The notes under the pieces: generated by a model
Told to the model about the DNA's origin: nothing
Seen by the model: the letters and a program-made list of their open reading frames with translations, nothing else
Database searches by the model: none
Translations under genes and position numbers: made by a program
NCBI GenBank assembly: GCA_963666985.2
Contig: CAXXIA010000002.1
Coordinates: 800,001 to 864,000 of the forward strand
Direction of reading: 5' to 3'
From: Spirochaetia bacterium
GTDB lineage: Bacteria; Spirochaetota; Spirochaetia; DSM-2461
DNA: 64,000 nucleotides
In this document: positions 59,278 to 64,000 of the stretch, in pieces
How the letters are laid out: each line of letters opens with the position of its first letter
How positions within the stretch are numbered: the first letter of the stretch is position 1

Positions 59278-60782
59278 TGCACTACCTCTGCTTTCTTACC
59301 TTTTCTGCCGCCGGAAGCAAGTTCAAGAATCGCTTCCTGAGAAAAATTCTCTTTTGTCAGCTCTCCGGCCATTTGCTGTTCGGCAAAAACGACGATTCGA
59401 TCCGACATACCCAACAGTTCTTCCATGTCGGAAGTTATCATGATGATGCATTTGCCTTCCTGACAAAGCTCGTTCATCAACTCATAAATCTCATGCTTCG
59501 CACCGACATCGATACCCCTGGTAGGTTCATCAAAAATGATGATGCTGGTATCCGCTGCCAAAGCTTTGGCGACAACGACTTTTTGCTGATTTCCGCCTGA
59601 AAGATTGAGGACTTTCTGTTCCAGGGAGGGAGCTTTAATCCTCAATCTGTTAAAATAAGATTCCGCAATCTCTTTTTCTTTCCGGCTGTCGATTTTTAAA
59701 AATCGGGATATTTTCCTGATGACATTGTACACAATGTTCCAGCTGATGGATTCCATCAGAAAACAGCCTTCCAGTTTCCGATCCTCGGGGATAAGCCCGA
59801 TTCCGTATTCCATGGCATCTTTAGGGGTTTTAATGTTAACTTCTTTTCCGTTAACCAATACTTTTCCCCATTGACGGTGTTCGGCTCCGAAGACAACCTT
59901 CATGATTTCCGTTCTGCCGGCACCGACCAGCCCCGCCACGCCGAGCACTTCATTGTTATAGGCTTTCAGAGAGATATTTTTAACGCCGTTACCCGTAAGG
60001 TTTCGGAGTTCCAGGGCCACATCGCCCTGCTCCGTTTTCCTTTTGGGATACGCTTCGGACAGCTCCCGGCCCACCATATATTTAATCAGTTCCGGACGGT
60101 CCGTCTCTTTAGTTTTCAATGTTGTGATGTACTTTCCGTCGCGCAGAACGGAAACCCTGTCGGAAACTTCGAATATTTCTTCCAAACGATGGGATATATA
60201 GATAATTGTCGCTCCATAGGCTTTCATTTGAGCGATAATTTTCATAAGGATTTCAATCTCGGAAACCGTAAGAGAGGCTGTTGGTTCATCAAGGATGAGA
60301 ATCCGCGGACTTTTCGTAATGGCCTTGGAAATCTCGACAATCTGCTTTTGAGCGGAACTTAATTCCCGAACAGGAGTTCCCGGATCAATGTCGATTCCGA
60401 ATTGATTAAACACGTCCTGGGCAATTTTGTTCATTTCCTTCTGATTGACGAGTTTGCCCATGCGTTTCCCGTAGCAGATATTCTCCGCGGCGGAAAGCGC
60501 GTCAATCAAATTGAATTCCTGATAAATACACTCGATGCCATGTGTTCGCGCGATGTTCGGAGTAATGCATGGAAAGGTGTCGTGCTGCAGGGTAATTTCA
60601 CCTTTATCCGGCTTAATGGCACCCGTTATGGTTTTAATAAATGTTGATTTTCCGGCACCGTTTTCCCCGACAATAGCGTGAACCTCACCTGCGGCGAAAC
60701 TCAGTGAGATATCGTTCAGCGCCACAACACCGGGATAGAACTTAGTAATATGACTCAGTGATAATACGTTATATGTGTCCAA
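59274..60782 (-). CDS. CUT2 sugar ABC transporter ATP-binding protein (two NBDs)
   Basis: GENGAGKST, ILDEPT, GLVGAGRTE, LSGGNQQK, DEPTRGIDVGAK; TTG start at 60782 preferred because the longer ORF begins inside a hairpin. Confidence 0.95.
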   Translation of the reverse strand: MDTYNVLSLSHITKFYPGVVALNDISLSFAAGEVHAIVGENGAGKSTFIKTITGAIKPDKGEITLQHDTFPCITPNIARTHGIECIYQEFNLIDALSAAENICYGKRMGKLVNQKEMNKIAQDVFNQFGIDIDPGTPVRELSSAQKQIVEISKAITKSPRILILDEPTASLTVSEIEILMKIIAQMKAYGATIIYISHRLEEIFEVSDRVSVLRDGKYITTLKTKETDRPELIKYMVGRELSEAYPKRKTEQGDVALELRNLTGNGVKNISLKAYNNEVLGVAGLVGAGRTEIMKVVFGAEHRQWGKVLVNGKEVNIKTPKDAMEYGIGLIPEDRKLEGCFLMESISWNIVYNVIRKISRFLKIDSRKEKEIAESYFNRLRIKAPSLEQKVLNLSGGNQQKVVVAKALAADTSIIIFDEPTRGIDVGAKHEIYELMNELCQEGKCIIMITSDMEELLGMSDRIVVFAEQQMAGELTKENFSQEAILELASGGRKGKKAEVVQ

Positions 60783-60812
60783 CGAAGATCCTTTTATCGG
60801 AAGCATTGAGTA

Positions 60813-60845
60813 ATGAAGGGACACAAAGACTTTGTGTCCCTTCAT
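60813..60845 (-). terminator. Intercistronic stem-loop after the binding-protein gene
   Basis: ATGAAGGGACACAAA-GAC-TTTGTGTCCCTTCAT, 15-bp perfect stem. Confidence 0.7.
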
Positions 60846-60896
60846 ACATCATAAGATTTTTATAACATAGTTACCAAATTCAATGGTAAATGCTGT

Positions 60897-61973
60897 TTAG
60901 TATTTATACTTCTTCGCGGGATTGTCTTCACCCATTTTCCAGCTCATCGAAAAATCGAACGTGGCGAAAGTGTACACGGGATCGTAATAGACATCGCCGA
61001 ATTTCCAAGAACCGTCGGTGGATCCCAACAGAAGCATGGCCAGAGTCTGACCGGTAATGGGAGGAGCTTCACCATAGGTGACATATCCCTTAAACGGCGT
61101 GCTGGAAGGATTGGCTTTCGCCTTCTCCAGCTCTTCGGTTGTTGCGGAATCGAAGTAGCAGTTAACAACACAGAAATTCTTCAAATCAATTCCATTATCC
61201 TTGCCGTACTTGGACAGGAAGGAAACAACACCAACCATGCAGTCGGGCTCATAGCAGACAAAAATTCGAAGATTGGGATTGGCCGTCATCATATTTTCGG
61301 CCCAGTTATAGCCCGTGTTCTGAGCATCGTTACCGTAGGCAACGTTGGTGTTGTAAACATAAAGGCTGCTGCTTTCTTCCGTTCTGTCGCGGAAAGCGTT
61401 GGAACGGTACTGACCGTCTTCAATATCGTCATAGACATCAAGAGCGACGGGGATACCCTTCTTGTCGGCCGGAGGATTATTAATTTTCGCCCAGGCCTCA
61501 ACCATCTCGATGGCAAAGAAACCGGTAATTTCATAAGCGGTATAGACAGCCGCATTGATGGTATAGTCCTTAGGCAGAGCACCGAGATAACAGACGGCGA
61601 TACCGGCGTCAATCGCTCTCTGGGCAACATCTTTCAGCATATCGACGGCCATGGCGGCGCACATAATCGCACCGACTTTCTTGGAAGCAATGGCATCTTC
61701 AATAAAGGTAACCTGCTTCCCCGGATCGCCCGCGGCATCTTTGGCGACATATTTCCAGCCCTGTGCTTCCATAGCGGCACCCATCGAGTTGGAAATAATC
61801 ATCAAACCTTCGGCGTTCGTGGTAGGAAGAACCGACCAGACTTCCTTTTGTCCGTTCCAGGTAAAATCAACGGCTGATGCGTCCGCCGAAGCGGGAGCCG
61901 CGTCCTGCGCTCCGCCGGCAAATGCGGAAACAGCCAGGGTGATCATAAGAAGGACTGAAAGAATTCTCTTCAT
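60897..61973 (-). CDS. CUT2 periplasmic sugar-binding protein (divergent)
   Basis: Signal peptide AFAGG; DAAGDPGKQVTFIEDAI, AIDAGIAV; first gene of the ABC operon. Confidence 0.85.
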   Translation of the reverse strand: MKRILSVLLMITLAVSAFAGGAQDAAPASADASAVDFTWNGQKEVWSVLPTTNAEGLMIISNSMGAAMEAQGWKYVAKDAAGDPGKQVTFIEDAIASKKVGAIMCAAMAVDMLKDVAQRAIDAGIAVCYLGALPKDYTINAAVYTAYEITGFFAIEMVEAWAKINNPPADKKGIPVALDVYDDIEDGQYRSNAFRDRTEESSSLYVYNTNVAYGNDAQNTGYNWAENMMTANPNLRIFVCYEPDCMVGVVSFLSKYGKDNGIDLKNFCVVNCYFDSATTEELEKAKANPSSTPFKGYVTYGEAPPITGQTLAMLLLGSTDGSWKFGDVYYDPVYTFATFDFSMSWKMGEDNPAKKYKY

Positions 61974-62214
61974 ACCTATCTCCTTTCCCTTTTAAAATTG
62001 TTTATGAAGCACCGAGACAACCGACGTTGCCCGGTGTTGTCCGAACGATTATTCCCCTACCTAATAAGAAAACGAGAGAATATCGTTCTCTATTAGCAAA
62101 AGAGTAATCAATTAACTATATTTGACACCTTATCTTGGGACAACAAACATTTTTGTACATTCGAAACTCAAATTTGTATCATGCCGAAGGCGATTTCACA
62201 CATTGGAACGGTGA

Positions 62215-63042
62215 TTATGCCTTTGATTCGTTATCTCCCCGCATCATTATTAACTCTCCGTAGAGTTCAACCCTCCGGTCGCCGAGTAAATTATTCGCGG
62301 AATCAAGATTCTTGTTCCGAGCCGTTTCCGGATCAATATCCACGAAACACGACTCATCCGCGGATACGGGAGCGGAAGCAAGAACAACTCCCCGAGGGGC
62401 GGTAATCCGGCTTCCACCCGTAAAGGCGATTTCCTTTCCTTCCCGCATCTCGCTGCCGTAACGGTTTGCCGTAACGGCAAAGAGATTATTCTCCAAACAT
62501 CGGGTAATCATGGATTTCTGACACCAGTCCATCACCAAATTCGCCGGATGAGCGATAACATCGGCGCCCTTAAGGGCCAAGAGCCGAGCGGTCTCGGGAA
62601 AAAACCAATCGAAACAGATCATCATGCCTACTTTTAAACCGCCGATATCATAGACCGCCGGAGGCTCGGGCCCCGGATCGAACAGCTGACTTTCGAATCC
62701 GAAAAGATGAATCTTGCGATAGACGGCGGTCAAACCTTCAGGACCGACGAGAACCGCGGAATTGTAAAGCCTGTTTCCTGCGCGTTCGGCGAACCCGGCC
62801 GCGACATGATACCCGCCGGAGCGGCAGAGATTCGTAAGAAGATCGACGGACGGAGAATCGCCGGTCTCCTCGGCCAAGGAGAAAACCTCTTCTCTATCCT
62901 TCATGCAGTAACCGGTAAAAGAGAGTTCGGGTAAAACAATAAGATCGGCGGACACGCCGTCCAAAGCCGCGGCGATACGGTCCCGATTGGCGTGAACATC
63001 ACCGAGAACCGGTTTAAACTGAATATAACCGATGCGTTTCAT
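62215..63042 (-). CDS. Nitrilase-superfamily carbon-nitrogen hydrolase
   Basis: Glu-Lys-Cys triad: LPELSFTGY, YRKIHLF, MICFDWFFPE; GGAGG RBS before MKRIG. Confidence 0.92.
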   Translation of the reverse strand: MKRIGYIQFKPVLGDVHANRDRIAAALDGVSADLIVLPELSFTGYCMKDREEVFSLAEETGDSPSVDLLTNLCRSGGYHVAAGFAERAGNRLYNSAVLVGPEGLTAVYRKIHLFGFESQLFDPGPEPPAVYDIGGLKVGMMICFDWFFPETARLLALKGADVIAHPANLVMDWCQKSMITRCLENNLFAVTANRYGSEMREGKEIAFTGGSRITAPRGVVLASAPVSADESCFVDIDPETARNKNLDSANNLLGDRRVELYGELIMMRGDNESKA

Positions 63043-63095
63043 GCTCCCTCCTTTGTCAGGATACACCGGCGGGCCCGGGTATTATAGATGCCGCA

Positions 63096-63980
63096 TTATT
63101 CCCCCGCATTATCCCCCGAAAAACATTGCTTCCGAAAGCGTTCCAGATCATCCTCATCATTCGCCGGGCCGAAACGGCACTCCCAGGTATGATCCGTCCC
63201 GAAAGTCCAAAGCTCCCTCCACGGCGGCTCCAAAGGATTCCCGTCGGAATCCTGGGCCAGCCAAGTGGCCGGCAGAGACGACCAGAGCCCCATTACCACA
63301 GGTTCGCCGCGGAATCGAAAAAAGTACCGGCCCCGATGAGTTCCCGCCGGAATCCAATGCTCGGGAGGAATTTCCACCGAAACGCCGAAGGCCCGGCGAT
63401 GGAAAAACGGAAAAGTCCGAGCCGCCGTAAACCGGGCGGAGGCGCCCAAATAACCGCTACGGGACGTCTCCGCCTCCGAATCGGCCGTTTCCGGCACGCC
63501 TGCCTCATCGGATGAAAAATCGCCGCTATTTATCCCGCCGCCGTCAATTCCATGAGAAATCACCCGAACCCGTTTCGGCGCGCGCTCTCCCGTCTCGAAC
63601 GCCCCCCTATATCGCGGACCGATCGGAGCAAATCCCGAAACAGGCGGCCGCAACAGCCACCCGCAAGGGAGATCAACAAAATCCGACTCACTCGTCCGCC
63701 AACTGCGCCAACTCCCCAAACTGCGCCGCATCGCCCGCCGTGCCCCTCGCCGCCGAACACTCTCGCGCCCGCCGGACCGCGCATCTCGCCGCGCCGCCTG
63801 CCGAAGGCCCCTCCAGAATGAACCTCGCCGAGCTTTCCGCAGCCTACATCTCCGCGAATCGGCGCTTGAATCACTTATCCCGCAATCCACCGTCAGAATC
63901 CAGCCGTCCAAAAAGCCCCGCCCCCTTAAGTTCATTCGAAAACACCATAAGCCGATAAAGAAGCATGAGCTCATCCGCAT
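63096..63980 (-). CDS. Hypothetical protein, start uncertain
   Basis: C-terminal ~170 aa look protein-like; the Arg-rich N-terminal third looks off-frame, so the true start is probably further downstream or the gene is frameshifted. Confidence 0.35.
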   Translation of the reverse strand: MRMSSCFFIGLWCFRMNLRGRGFLDGWILTVDCGISDSSADSRRCRLRKARRGSFWRGLRQAARRDARSGGRESVRRRGARRAMRRSLGSWRSWRTSESDFVDLPCGWLLRPPVSGFAPIGPRYRGAFETGERAPKRVRVISHGIDGGGINSGDFSSDEAGVPETADSEAETSRSGYLGASARFTAARTFPFFHRRAFGVSVEIPPEHWIPAGTHRGRYFFRFRGEPVVMGLWSSLPATWLAQDSDGNPLEPPWRELWTFGTDHTWECRFGPANDEDDLERFRKQCFSGDNAGE

Positions 63981-63999
63981 GCCGCCTCGCCGCCCTTCT
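63871..63999 (-). CDS. Possible 3' end of a gene entering from the right edge
   Basis: Open frame ...RHADELMLLYRLMVFSNELKGAGLFGRLDSDGGLRDK* to the window end. Confidence 0.3.
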   Translation of the reverse strand, partial: RRAARRHADELMLLYRLMVFSNELKGAGLFGRLDSDGGLRDK

Positions 64000-64000
64000 G

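Overview
64-kb bacterial chromosomal segment, most likely from a free-living spirochaete. This is inferred from the class I lysyl-tRNA synthetase, the MoxR-DUF58-Bat operon, a spirochaete-style OmpA and binding proteins with 'F-A-G-G' signal peptides. Layout: (1) 1-19.3 kb housekeeping genes (OmpA, dksA-like, infA, Smr, bat operon, argJ, rmuC, clpP, era, STAS-kinase fusion). (2) 19.3-46.1 kb accessory catabolic block, made of an N-heterocycle-type cluster (YgeY-like M20 hydrolase, D-aminoacylase-like and two deaminase-like amidohydrolases, three-subunit molybdenum hydroxylase, PreA-like flavin/Fe-S reductase, ABC importer, pteridine-reductase-like SDR, UbiD/UbiX, LacI and two GntR regulators) followed by a polyol/sugar cluster. 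(3) PP2C phosphatase and lysS. (4) 49.6-56.7 kb cassette with a TRAP transporter between two Fe-S flavoenzyme (OYE-like) reductases. (5) csaA, DUF4440-like gene, an 18-unit hexamer repeat, a ribose-type ABC importer and a nitrilase-family gene. I recognised no rRNA, tRNA, CRISPR array, integrase or transposase. The best candidates for undescribed systems are the heterocycle cluster (possibly anaerobic pterin or modified-purine degradation) and the reductase-TRAP-reductase cassette. Both carry substituted catalytic or ligand-binding residues. All functional calls come from reading motifs by eye, with no database searches.
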